Notes under the pieces: generated by a model
Database searches by the model: none
What the model was told of the DNA's origin: nothing
What the model saw: the letters and a program-made list of their open reading frames with translations, nothing else
Assembly (NCBI GenBank): GCA_030390025.1
Contig: JASTWF010000328.1
Location: forward strand, 124,001-188,000
DNA length: 64,000 bases
Direction of reading: 5' to 3'
Source of the DNA: Squalus acanthias
Taxonomy: Eukaryota
Shown: in pieces, positions 11,011-21,959 of the stretch
Numbering within the stretch: position 1 is the first letter of the stretch
Layout: each line of letters opens with the position of its first letter
Made by a program: the position numbers and the translations under genes

Positions 11011-11559
11011 CAGGGTTTTGGCCTCAGCTGGAGTCTTGTGTACAGTTCTGGGCACCACACTTTAGGAAGGATGTCAAGGCCTTGGAGAGGGTGCAGAGGA
11101 GGTTGACCAGGATGGTACCAGGGATGAGGGACTTCAGTTATGTGGAGAGATTGGAGAAGCTGGGATTGTTCCCCTTAGAGCAGAGAAGGTTAAGAGGAGA
11201 CCTAATAGAGGGGTTCAAAATGATGAGGGGTTTTGATCGAGCAAGTAGGGAGAAACTGTTCACTCTGGCAAGTGGGTCGGTAACCAAAGGTCACAGATTT
11301 AAAATAGTTGCTAAAAGAACTAGAGGTGAACTGAGGAGAATTGTTTTCACACAGAGGGTTGTTAAGATCTGGAACGCACCATCTGAAAGGATGCTGGAAT
11401 CAGGTTCCACAGGAACTTTCAAACGGTGATTGGACGTGTACTTGAAGAGGACTAGTTTGCAGAGTTCTGGGGATAAAGCTGGGGTTTGGGACTAAATTGG
11501 ACAGTTCTTTCAAAGAGCCGGCACAGACACGATGGGCCGAATCACCTCCTTCTGTGCTG

Positions 11560-12693
11560 TTAGATTCTATGATCAGTGTGAAGACGCTGGTGTCTCTTAA
11601 GGTTCTTCGAGCTTTTAAAGCTCTTCCCACAGTCAGAACATTTAAAGGGTCTCTCCCCAGTGTGAACTCGCTGGTGTTCAGTGAGGTTGGATGACTGAGT
11701 GAATCCCTTCCCACACACAGAGCAGGTGAACGGTCTCTCCCCAGTGTGTAGGTGTTGGTGTCCCTTCAGATCCCGGGAGCTTTTAAAGATTCTCCCACAG
11801 TCAGAACATTTAAAGGGGTTCTCTCCAGTGTGAACTCGCTGATGTGCCAGCAGGTTGGAGGACCGAGCGAATCCCTTCCCACACTCGGAGCAGGTGAACA
11901 GTCTCTCCCCAGTGTGTAGGTGTTGGTGTCTCCTCAGCTCCCCGGAGCTTTTAAATCTCTTCCCACATTCAGAACATTTAAAGGGTCTCTCATCAGTGTG
12001 AACTCGCTGGTGTGTCTGCAGGGTGGAATACTGAGTGAATGCCTTCCCACATTCGGAGCAGATGAATATCCTCTCCCCAGTGTGGAGGCGCTGGTGTCTC
12101 TGCAGGTTGGATGACTGAGTGAATCCCTTCCCACACACGGAGCAGGTGAATGGCCTCTCCGCAGTGTGTAGGTGTTGGTGTCCCTTCAGATCCCCGGAAC
12201 TTTTAAAGCTCTTCCCACAGTCAGAACATGTAAATGGCCTCTCATCAGTGTGAGCACGCTGGTGTTGCTTCAGATCCCCGGAGCTTTTAAAGCTCTTCCC
12301 ACAGTCAGAACATATAAACGGTCGCTCATCGGTGTGAACAAGCTGGTGTCGCTTCAGATTCTGGGGGATTTTAAAGCTCTTCTCACAGTCAGAACACTGA
12401 AATGGTCTCTCGTCAGTGTGAACTCACTGGTGTGTTTGCAGGTGGGATGAACAAACAAATCCCTTTCCACACACGGAGCAGGTGAACGGACTGTCCCTGG
12501 TGTGACTGCGCCGTTGAACTTCTATTGCAGACGGGGAACTGAATCCCTTCCCACCGTCCCCACCTTTACCCGGTTTCTCCCCGGTGTGACGGTGCACGTG
12601 TCTCGCCAGGTCAGGCGATCGGCTGAATCCGCGTCCACACACCGAACACGTGTGCGGTTTGTCATCGCTGCGATCGCTGCTTTCTCCTTCCAT
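11560..12693 (-). pseudogene. C2H2 ZNF locus B (class II, about 13 finger units) with one in-frame TGA and a 3' end replaced by a CR1 tail
   Basis: ATG at 12693 (MEGESSDRSDDKPHTCSVC); TGA at 12424-12426 in HQ*VH; same frame then open to 11560; acceptor at 12803-12804. Confidence 0.8.
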
Positions 12694-12899
12694 GTGCAAA
12701 GGCCGATGATATTCAGGTCCTGATGAATCGAGCGACTCTGTCAGATCTTGACGTGATGTTTGGTCTGAGCTTCCCGCCTGTAACTGCTCCACTTCTATAA
12801 CCCTGTAAATCAAGTTCAGAAAAGGATCAGAGGCAAACTGTTGTTTAATTTTCCCCTTTCCGAACCTAGGGGCAGTGAAGCTGATTTTCAGGCTCCAGC

Positions 12900-13210
12900 T
12901 GCTGCACAGGTTGGTTGAAAGGATCAGCAGTAATGGCGGCTGCAATACCCACAAGCCCCGGCGCTCCAGAAAGCGCTCTGTTGACTCTGAGTCCCGCCCA
13001 TGTGCTCATGGCCCCCGCGCTCTCCCTCCTGCTCCACAATCGCCCGTCCCGATCGGTCCACAACGCGCATGCTCAGCGCACAAAACCCCGCGGTTGGAAC
13101 ATCGGGCGCGCATGCGGAGCCGCAACATCTGGTACGTGTGCGCGGCTCAGGTGGGGGCGAGTCGGTGTTTCGCCTCAGCCGCCAGGGAGGTGCGCATGCG
13201 CAGGACGACC
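12900..13210 (-). promoter_or_regulatory. CpG-island promoter/first-exon region of locus B
   Basis: NRF1-type GCGCATGCG(C) at about 13108 and 13192; GCCGCCATT; homologous to 15810-15865. Confidence 0.6.
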
Positions 13211-13254
13211 CAACATTCTTCCTGTCAGCAATCACTCCCTCGTTTCTTTAATAA

Positions 13255-13350
13255 AAACAGAAACTGCTGGAAATACTCAGCAGGTCAGGCAGCATCTGTG
13301 GAGAGAGAAACAGAGTTAACGTTTCAGGTCGATGACCTTTCGTCAGAACT
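13255..13350 (-). mobile_element. Penelope-like pLTR fragment
   Basis: Homologous to 6745-6840 and 55010-55100. Confidence 0.75.
13314..13350 (-). ncRNA. Minimal hammerhead ribozyme motif
   Basis: Minus strand AGTT-CTGACGA-AAGGTCATCGACCT-GAAA-CGTT-AACT; stem II AGGTC/GACCT. Confidence 0.8.
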
Positions 13351-13361
13351 GCTTGTCCTTT

Positions 13362-13660
13362 AGTGTCAGCCAGTGGCTCAGTGGGTAGCACTCTCGCCTC
13401 TGAGTCAGAAAGTTGTGGGTTCAAGTCCCACTCCAGAGACTTGAGCACAGGAATCCAGGCTGACACTCCAGTGCAGTGCTGAGGGAGTGCGGCACTGTCG
13501 GAGGTGCCGTCTTTCAGAGGAGATATTAAATGGAGGCCCGGTTTCTAAGAAGAGCAGGGGAGCTATCCCCGGTGTCCGGGCCAATGTTTATCCCTCAGTC
13601 TTGCTGGGCGCTGATTGGCTGCCGCCTTTCCCACATTACAACAGTGACGTCACTTCATTG
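13362..13660 (+). mobile_element. tRNA-derived Deu-domain SINE (internally deleted)
   Basis: TGGCTCAGTGGGTAGCAC...GGTTCAAGTCC head; GCACTGTCGGAGGTGCCGTCTTTC. Confidence 0.82.
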
Positions 13661-14330
13661 GCGGTTTGGGCCGAGTCCGGCACAGCGCCCCCTCCCGGTC
13701 ACCAAGGGTAATAACCGCGCATGCCCAGAGAACACCAACCCCCCTCCCCCACTCGGAGCAGCGCCTGCGCGGTCGGATCCTGCCGGACGGAGTCGGCGCG
13801 GGGCATTCCGGGGAAAGGCCTTGGTGTCGATTACAGAGCCGCGATCGGTGACGCAAAGTGAGTTTTCTCCGCTCCGATTGGGTGGTGAATCGCGCGGGGT
13901 GGGGGGGAGGGGTGGATCGGGAGAGAATAAAGAGAAATAGAAAAACCTCAGAGTCCGCGAGGCCCCGGACCGAGCGGCGTCAGTTGGACGGAGCACGTGA
14001 TCTCCTCGGGGACCCGTGACCCGGGCCCGCGGCCTGATTGACGGGAGCTTCCGACCAATAGGGAGCGAGCGGGGCGGGGCTGGAGGAGCGAGCCGGCGGC
14101 GGGTCCTCCAACCAATCGGGGAGCCCGAGGGGCGGGACTAGCGCCGGCTGATTGTCTGATCCGCGGGGCAGCGAGTTTCTCCAGTCCCTTGTTCAGGGCC
14201 CGGGGCCAGGGGAGGCTGTGGGCCTTTATTCCCCTTATTGGACACAAGGCTCTTTGTCTCACAACACACTGGCTCAGGTTTTAATACAGACTTTTTAAAT
14301 TCATGAATAAAAGCAGATAAACCCCGTGCT
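13660..14330. promoter_or_regulatory. CpG island with the CCAAT/GC-box cassette, between divergent loci B and C
   Basis: High CpG density; CACGTG, CCAAT, GGGGCGGGG; near-identical to 4795-4999 and 8153-8305. Confidence 0.6.
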
Positions 14331-14356
14331 TCTGTGGCACAAACTTTCTAATATTT

Positions 14357-15597
14357 TATAGAATCATAGAATGGTTACAGCACAGAAGGAGGCCATTCAG
14401 CCCGTCGAGCCCGTGCCGGCTCTCTGCAAGATCACTTCAGCTAGTCCCACTCCCCGCCCTTTCCCCGTAGCCCTGCAAATTTCTTTCCTTCAGGTACTTA
14501 TCCAATTCCCTTTTGAAAGCCGTGATTGAATCTGCCTCCACCACCCTTTCAGGCAGTGCATTCCAGATCCTAACCACTCGCTGCGTAAAAAAGTTTTTCC
14601 TCATGTCGCCTTTGGTTCTTCTGCCAATCACCTTAAATCTGTGTCCTCTGGTTCTCGACCCTTCCGCCAATGGAAACAGTTTCTCTCTATCTACTCTGTC
14701 CAGAACCCTCATGATTTTGAACTCCTCTATCAGATCTCCTCCCAACCTTCTCTACTCTGAGGAGAACCACCCCAGCTTCTCCAGTCTATCCACGTAACTG
14801 AAGTCCCTCATCCGTGGAACCATTCTTGTAAATCTTTTCTGCACCATCTCTAAGGCCTTCACATCCTTCCTAAAGTGCGGTGCCCAGAATTGGACACAAT
14901 ACTCCAGTTGAGGCTGAACCAGTGTTCTATTCAGGTTCATCATAACTTCCTTGCTTTTGTACTAATATGCCTCTATTTATAAAGCCCAGGATCCCTTATG
15001 CTTTTTTAACTGCTTTCTCAACCTGCCCTGCCACCTTCAATGATTTGTGCATACATACCCCCAGGTCTCTCTGTTCATGCACCCACTTTAGAATTGTACC
15101 CTTTAGTTTATATTGCCTCTCCTCGTTCTTCCTACCAAAATGTATGACTTCGCACTTTTCTGCGTTAAATTTCATCTGCCACGTGTCCACCCATTCCACC
15201 AGCCTGTCTGTCCTCTTGAGGTCTATCACTATTCTCCACACTGTTCACTATACTTCCAAGTTTTGTGTCATCTGCAAATTTTGAAACTGTGCCCTGTACA
15301 CCCAAGTCATTAATATATATCAAGTAAAGCAGTGGTCCTAGTACCGACCCCTGGGGAACACCACTGTATACCTTCCTCCAGTCCGAAAAACAACCGTTCA
15401 CCACTATTCTCTGTTTTCTGTCACTTAGCCAATTTCGTATCCATGCTGCCATTGTCCCTTTTATTCCATGGGCTTCATCTTTGCTGGCAAGCCTATTATG
15501 TGGCACTTGTCGAACGCCTTTTGGAAATCCATGTAGACCACGTTAACCGCATTGCCCTCATCAACCCTCTCTGTTACCTCATCAAAAAACTCAATCA
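14357..15597 (-). mobile_element. CR1-type LINE, 5'-truncated RT plus 3' end
   Basis: DFQKAFD, SGVPQGSVLGP, KFADDTKLG; (TTCTATGA)n-type tail at about 14360. Confidence 0.92.
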
Positions 15598-15599
15598 GA

Positions 15600-15930
15600 A
15601 TCAGAGCGGCCGGGCCCGGCGGACGTGCGGCCAGGGCCCCGGCACCAGGAAACCCAGGGTGCAGCGCCTCCCCCATCCGAGCCGCCGCTTCCCGGTTTCT
15701 TCAGCCGGTTCCACCGAGTCCGACTCGGGACAAAGGACAGGAGCCAGGCTCCCAGAATGGCCCGCGGCCCCGGGGAGCATGCGCACTCTCAGCGGGGAAA
15801 TCAGCACGTTGGATAGAGCGGTTTCTGGGGCGCGGGGAATTGTGGGTGCTGCGGCCGCCATTAGTCAGCGGCTGTCGGGAAGAGTTTTATTGCAGGCTGA
15901 CGGAAGTCGGTCCCTGGCCGCCTGTGTAGG
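15600..15930 (+). promoter_or_regulatory. CpG-island promoter/first exon of locus C
   Basis: GAGCATGCGCA (NRF1-like), GCGGCCGCCATT (YY1-like); homologous to the locus B promoter. Confidence 0.6.
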
Positions 15931-16169
15931 TCTTTATGTTGCATCAGTTTGAGCTGGAGTGGAGATGGAGGAGAAGCTGCTGGGTTTAACCCCCAGTACT
16001 TCTGAGCCCAGGAGGACCCAACAATTTCCAATGTGAGACTGTCAAGGCAGGTGGATTCTGGGGGAGATTAGGTTGTTAAACAGACACTGTTCGCACAATG
16101 TAAAAGAGTATTGTTTTAGGAACAAGTATTTCTGTAGAGGCTTTTAATCCAGTTTACATATACAGATTT

Positions 16170-16740
16170 GTTTTAATTCATTCTTGGGATGTGGGCGTCG
16201 CTCGCAAGGCCAGCATATGTTGCCAATCCCCAGTTTCCCGTTGAGAAGGGGGTGGTGAGTCGCCTTCTTGAACTGCTGCAGTCTGTGTGGTGAAGGTACT
16301 CCCACAGTGCTGTTGTGTAAGGAGTTCCAGGATTTTGACCCAGGACGATGAAGGATCGGCGATATATGTCTAAGTCAGGATGGTGTGTGACTTGGAGGGG
16401 AACTTGGAGATGATGGTGTTCCCATGCAACAGCTGCCCTTGTCCTTCTAGGTGGTGGAGGTTGCGGGTTTTGGAGGTTCTGTCAAAGTTCTGGTCGAGTT
16501 GCAGATGTATAAAGTTCCTCTCCTTCGACCCCTCCCCCTCCCATCTCTCTCTCTCTCCTCCCATAGAGGCTAGAGCCGTGTGTCGGCCCAGACCGGGTAG
16601 TGGATTCCCTTCCCTGAAGGACATTAGTGAACCAGTTGGGATTCTACGACATTCCGGCAGCTTTCATGGTCACTTTTTTCTGGTGCCGGCCCCACAAATG
16701 ACCAGATTCATTAAACTCAGTTTCACAACCTGCCTCTTTA
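16170..16740 (-). mobile_element. Degenerate LINE 3' end and SINE fragments in the intron of locus C
   Basis: GGGATGTGGGCGTCGCT...GTGGTGAGTCGCCTTCTTGAACTGCTGCAG and CCCTGAAGGACATTAGTGAACCAG blocks resemble shark interspersed repeats (recognition only). Confidence 0.5.
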
Positions 16741-16876
16741 GTGGGTTCTCTCTCACGCTCCCTGTTTTAAATTCATTTTACAGGGTATTAGAAGGGGAGG
16801 ATTTGCAGACGGTAAGCTCAAAGCACACATCAAATCACTCGATTCATCGGAACCTGAGTATCACCGGCCTCTGAAC

Positions 16877-17914
16877 ATGGAAGCAAAAAGCACCGTTCAG
16901 AGCGGGGAGAAACCGTACACGTGTTGTGTGTGTGGACGAGGCTTCAGCCGATCCTCTGGCCTATCGACACACAAGCGCAGTCACACCGGGGAGAGGCCGT
17001 TCATCTGCTCTGAGTGTGGGAAGGGATTCACTAATTCATCCATCCTACTGAGACACCAGCAAGTTCACACTGGGGAGAGGCCGTTCACCTGCTCCATGTG
17101 TGGGAATGGATTCACTCGTTCATCCCACCTACTGAGACACCAGCGAGTTCACACTGGGGAGAGGCCGTTCACCTGCTCTGTGTGTGGGAAGGGATTCACT
17201 CAGCCATCCAACCTGCTGACACACCAACGCATTCACACTGATGAGAGACCTTTTAAATGCCCGGACTGTGGGAAGTGCTATAAAAGTTCCGGGGAACTGA
17301 CATACCATCAACATGTTCACACTGGGGAGAGACCGTTCAGGTGCTCTCACTGCGGGACTGGGTTCAGGCGATCATCTGAACTCACTGTACACCAGCGCAC
17401 TCACACTGGAGAGAGGCCATTCACCTGCTCCGTGTGTTGGAAGGGATTCACTCAGTTATCCACCCTGCTGAAGCACGAGCGAGTTCACACTGGGGAGAGG
17501 CCGTTCACCTGCTCTGAATGTGGAAAGGGTTTCACGCAGTCATCAGACCTTCTAACACACCAGCGAGTTCACACCGGGGTGAGGCCATTCACCTGCTCTG
17601 AGTGTGGGAAGGGATTCACTCGTTCATCCCACCTGCTGACACATCAGTTAGTTCACACTGGGGAGAGGCCGTTCACCTGCTCCGTGTGTGGGAAGGGATT
17701 TACTCAGTCATCCACCCTGCTGACACACCAGCGAGTTCACACTGGGGAGAGGCCGTTCACCTGCTCTGAGTGTGGGAAGGGATTCACTCAGTCATTCACC
17801 CTGCTGACACACCAGCGAGTTCACACTGGGGAGAGGCCGTTCACCTGCTCTGAGTGTGGGAAGGGATTCACTCGTTCATCCCACCTGCTGACACATCAGC
17901 GAGTTCACAAGTGA
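16877..17914 (+). CDS. C2H2 zinc-finger protein, 345 aa, 12 tandem fingers, no KRAB (locus C, class II)
   Basis: AACATGG start, uninterrupted ORF, 12 C-x2-C-x12-H-x3-H units with TGERP linkers; acceptor at 16782-16783; AATAAA at 18060. Confidence 0.92.
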   Translation: MEAKSTVQSGEKPYTCCVCGRGFSRSSGLSTHKRSHTGERPFICSECGKGFTNSSILLRHQQVHTGERPFTCSMCGNGFTRSSHLLRHQRVHTGERPFTCSVCGKGFTQPSNLLTHQRIHTDERPFKCPDCGKCYKSSGELTYHQHVHTGERPFRCSHCGTGFRRSSELTVHQRTHTGERPFTCSVCWKGFTQLSTLLKHERVHTGERPFTCSECGKGFTQSSDLLTHQRVHTGVRPFTCSECGKGFTRSSHLLTHQLVHTGERPFTCSVCGKGFTQSSTLLTHQRVHTGERPFTCSECGKGFTQSFTLLTHQRVHTGERPFTCSECGKGFTRSSHLLTHQRVHK

Positions 17915-18324
17915 CTGCAGGGGTTGGATTCTGCTGTTATTGCTGCTGTTAATCACATCCAGGACTGAACCATGTTCATTCTGACAGTTGGGGTTTGTTT
18001 CTGCTGATGTTAATAACCCCGATAACTGGGCTGGTGTTTAATATTCTGGATATATGTCGAATAAATCAGCTTTGCGTTAAACACATTGTTGTAGATTTTT
18101 GTCTTTCCCACCTGAGTGTTTAGCATCACCTGGCTGGAGGTCAGAAAGGACAATCTGGGGGAGGATCGTACGGCGGGAACAGAACTTCAGCCTGGACACA
18201 GTCCTTCAGGGCCACACTGAGAGGGGCAAACGACACTTTGGCCTTTCTTGAGGTGTGTAAGCAATGTGTCCCAGCCGCTCTCTGCCATGGTTCTGAGCTC
18301 CCGGGCACGGAGCAGACGGCTCCT

Positions 18325-18910
18325 CTAGAAATGAGCCCCAGTCCATTGTTTGCTCCTTTTATGGCCTGATTAACCTGCGTCGCTACTTTTAGTGATTTGT
18401 GTATCTGGACCCCGAGATCACTTTGCTCCTCTACCCCATTTAAACTCTTATTTTCCCAAGTAGTGAGTGGCCTCCTTATTCTTCCCACCAAAACACACCA
18501 CCTCACACTGATCGAAAGTGAAATATATCCTAATTACAGGCCCATTCTGCAAATTTATTAATATCTTCTTGCATTATGTCACAGTCTTCCTCAGTATTAA
18601 CTCTGCCTCACAATTTGGTGTAATCGACAAAGTTTGAAATTGTACTTTCAATTCATGATCCAAACCATTTATGTAAACAGTGATCCCAGCACCGATCCCT
18701 GTGGAACACCACTTCCCACCTTTTGCTAGTCTGAGTAGCCACTCCTAACCCCTGCTCTCTGTTTTGTGAACAGCTTTCTATCCATAAACAGTTTGTAAGA
18801 TCAACAATGTGACCAAGGTCAGGCCGTGTGGAGTGAAGGGCCAGGCAGCAGAATGGATGGAAAGCTGGCTACAAAATAGAAATCAGAGGGTTGGAGTTAA
18901 GGGAAGTTTG
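18325..18910 (-). mobile_element. CR1 RT fragment (inverted paralog of about 2250-2815)
   Basis: QIHKSLKVATQVN.AI.GANNGLGLISRG shared with ORF 2725-3033. Confidence 0.8.
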
Positions 18911-19389
18911 TTGCGATCTTTCCATCCATTCTGCTGCCTGGCCCTTGACTCCACACGGCCTGACCGTGGTCATCTTGTAGACCGTACATACTGCAGACAC
19001 AGTGCACCAGTCGTGGAGGGGGTGGATATTGAGTCCTGTGGCAGGGGCGCTGATGAAGTGGATTTCTCTGCCCCGTGAGTTTTGAGGCATCGCTAGTGGT
19101 GTTTTTCACCTCTTTCCACCTATTAAAAAACCTTGCTGCCAGTTTATTAAAGCCATTAACAGCCGCTCGGGTGGGACACACCAATAAATGAGGCCTTGTA
19201 AGTTTCCCTCAGAATGACAGGCCTGAACCCGAGTTAGAAAACATTTAGTAATTAAACCAGACTGGGCGGGGCCTGAGGTGTGAGTTAGTAACGGAAAATT
19301 GGTGGCCAGCGTACTTCACACCAGGGCTGAGGACCCGGGGACTCGGGTTTCTGTATCATTTATTGATTAATTTAGTTTATTGCCCAATC

Positions 19390-19972
19390 TCAATCAGACT
19401 GGCGGGTCATCTTGCTGTCTGGCGGAGGCGAGGTTCCCCAATGGAGGGCTCTCTACGCGGGGGTCCTTCCCTGCACCATTGGGGATCTGGGGTGGAGACT
19501 GTTGCAAGGAGCTGTCGTGTGCAACAGTTTAAGCTCCTTTCCGGACTCCAAGGCCAGATGTGTTTTTTGCGGCCTAGAGGAGTCCACGGGCCGTGTATAT
19601 ATTCAGTGTGAGAGGTTGCAGCCCCTGTATAGTTACCTGAAGGGGCTGCTCCTCAACTCTTGGTTACACTTTAGCCCCACGCTCCTAATCTTTGGCCGCC
19701 CGGTGCGGAGGGGGGTGGGTAAGTCGGAGGATCTTCTCCTGGACCTGCTCTTGGGCCTGGCGAAAACAGCAATTTGTAGGTCCAGGATGGGCGGGGCCCA
19801 TGGGGGGGTCACTCTGGCTGCCTGCCTCTCTCCCGTGGTCTTGTCCCTGCCCGGGTGGCCCTGGAGAGGGAGCAGGCGGTGTCCACCGGTTCACTTGATA
19901 CCTTCCGTGTCGACCGGTCACGGAAGGTATCAAGAGGCGATAATCGATCCTCACAATCACATTGTGATTTAA
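19390..19972 (+). mobile_element. Tx1/L1-clade LINE ORF2 C-terminal (zf-RVT-like) remnant
   Basis: QWRALYAGVLP..IGDLGWRLLQGAV..N...CVFCGLEES....IQCERLQPL...LHFSPTLLIFG. Confidence 0.8.
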
Positions 19973-19979
19973 TTATTAA

Positions 19980-21345
19980 TTGTGTGTGTGTCACAAATAC
20001 ATTTCTTCTATTTTGATACAAAAGCTCTACTAGACATGTTAAACTACTAGTTATTTAATCAGGGCTGCAGCTGCTGAAAGGTTGACTGTACTGAGGTTTG
20101 TGGCCAGAGCTGGCAGACGTGTTGTTCTGAAGTCTGATGTCTCACACCTGAAGAGTCTGTTTATGTCGTGTTGTAATGACCTTTTTCTGTTGCCTGGTGT
20201 CAGAAATAGAAATCAAAGGGAGATGATGCCCCACTCTGTTAATCAACTCTTTGACACATTCCCATGCATTTCCTTTCTTAATTTACAAAGATCACAACTC
20301 CATTAGTGAACAATGGATTGCCAGTCTGCCACTTTTTAGTGAGGCTTGAAAGGATTCGCTGTGAAGCTACACCTGCCCATCTGTCTGTGTGTCACTGTGT
20401 TTGGATTGTGTTAGACAACAGTCCTAATATCTCGCCTACATCCATTACAATTTTTGAAGTGTTAGATTGTACTTGGAAGAAGTTGAGTTTGAATCTGACA
20501 ATTCTGAAATTGGGAGCTGTTAATGATTTCTGTTTTTCACATAACTATATAGTGATGTGATCAGTCAAAGCAAATTAAAAGATGCTGCTATTTACTGAAC
20601 ACAACTGAATAATTCTACAAGGATGCTATCGCAGTCTTCCTCAGTATTAACTACACCCCCCAATTTAGTGTCATCAGCAAATTTTGAAATTGTACTTCTG
20701 ATTCCCAAGTCCAAATCATTCATGTAAATGGTGAACAACAGTGGTCCCAGCACCGATCCCCGTGGAACACCACTTCCCACCTTCCGCCCGTCTGAGTAAA
20801 TACCTTTAACTCATCCCGTTACTATAACTGGACTTGTCTCCATTCCCGTGCCGAGGGGATTGCTGTACCAGACGGGAGGGGCAACATTTGGGGACTCTCG
20901 ATTCTCCACCAATTCCCATTCCCCTTCTTTCTGGTGGATAATGGAGGTGCCACTGTGTGTAATGTGCAAGTCAGTAAGAATTGTCAGCGAGGATTAATCA
21001 GCACTTTCTAATTGGAGATGTTAATCAGCGGAACCTTTCAGACACTGAATTGTAGATTTTGAACCAAAGATCAATTTAGGATTGAAGTAAAAGTTCATAA
21101 TTTTATTGTAAAATAATTCAGGGACTCTCATCAGAAATTAAGGGGAAAGATCAGACAGCGGTTCTTAAACAAACACTGCAGCCCCGACAAGTCAATCAGC
21201 TACATATCCAGAATATTCAACTCCAGCCCAGTTATAGGGGTTATTAACATCAGCAGAAACAAACCCCAACTGTCAGAATGAACATGGTTCAGTCCTGGAT
21301 GTGATTAACAGCAGCAATAACAGCAAAATCCAACCCCTGGAGTCA
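19980..21345 (-). repeat. Inverted segmental duplication of 871-2241 (ZNF 3' flank)
   Basis: Near-identical reverse complement; ORF pairs 1664-1909/20306-20560 and 1436-1624/20592-20780. Confidence 0.92.
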
Positions 21346-21681
21346 CTTATGAACTCGCTGAGGTTTCAGCAGGTTGCATGATAGACTGAATCCCTTCTCA
21401 CACACGGAGCAGGTGAACGGCCTCTCCCCAGTGTGAACTCGCCAGTGCAGAATGAGGTTGGATGACTGCTTGAATCTCTTCCCACAGTGAGTGCAGCTGA
21501 ATGGTCTCTCATCAGTGTGAACTCGCTGATGTGTTTGGAGAATGGACGAGCGAGTGAATCCCTTCCTACAGACGGAGCAAGTGAATGGCCTTTCCCCGGT
21601 ATGACTGCGTTGATGAATTTCCAGTTGGGACGGGTAATTGAATCGCTTCCCACAGTCCCCACATTTCCACGGTTTCTCCAT
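21343..21681 (-). CDS. C2H2 zinc-finger protein (locus D, class I), four finger units from ATG (MEKPWKC...)
   Basis: ACCATGG at 21681; frame open upstream to the invariant TGA at 21877-21879; last finger has H>P; the family acceptor is absent. Confidence 0.65.
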   Translation of the reverse strand: MEKPWKCGDCGKRFNYPSQLEIHQRSHTGERPFTCSVCRKGFTRSSILQTHQRVHTDERPFSCTHCGKRFKQSSNLILHWRVHTGERPFTCSVCEKGFSLSCNLLKPQRVHK

Positions 21682-21959
21682 GGTGCGGGTGTCCTTGTGT
21701 CTCTCCAGGTTGGACGATCGGTTGAAGCCTCGTCCACACACAGAACACGTGTACGGTTTCTCCCCGCTGTGGATGGTGCGATGTTTTTTCAGGCTGTGCA
21801 ACTGATTAAAGCTCTTTCCACAGTCAGTGCACTGGAACACTCTCACTCGGGTGTGTGTGTCTCGGTGCTTTTCCAGTCACACTGATGTTTGAAATCTTTT
21901 CCCACAGACAGAACAGACAAACAATTCTCAGCTCACCTTCTGTTGTTCAGCTTTAAAGG

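Larger units (their letters stand above)
8490..11570 (+). mobile_element. CR1-type LINE ORF2 remnant with nested SINE and nested antisense CR1
   Basis: NEYLASVFTKE, KSPGPD.MHPRLL, DFQKAFDKVPH, RGDLIE motifs; 3' tail at about 11570 abuts ZNF locus B. Confidence 0.88.

Noticed and set aside
13362..13435. tRNA genes (also 9050-9125, 41297, 50320)
   Set aside because: The A/B boxes continue into SINE body sequence and no complete cloverleaf is evident
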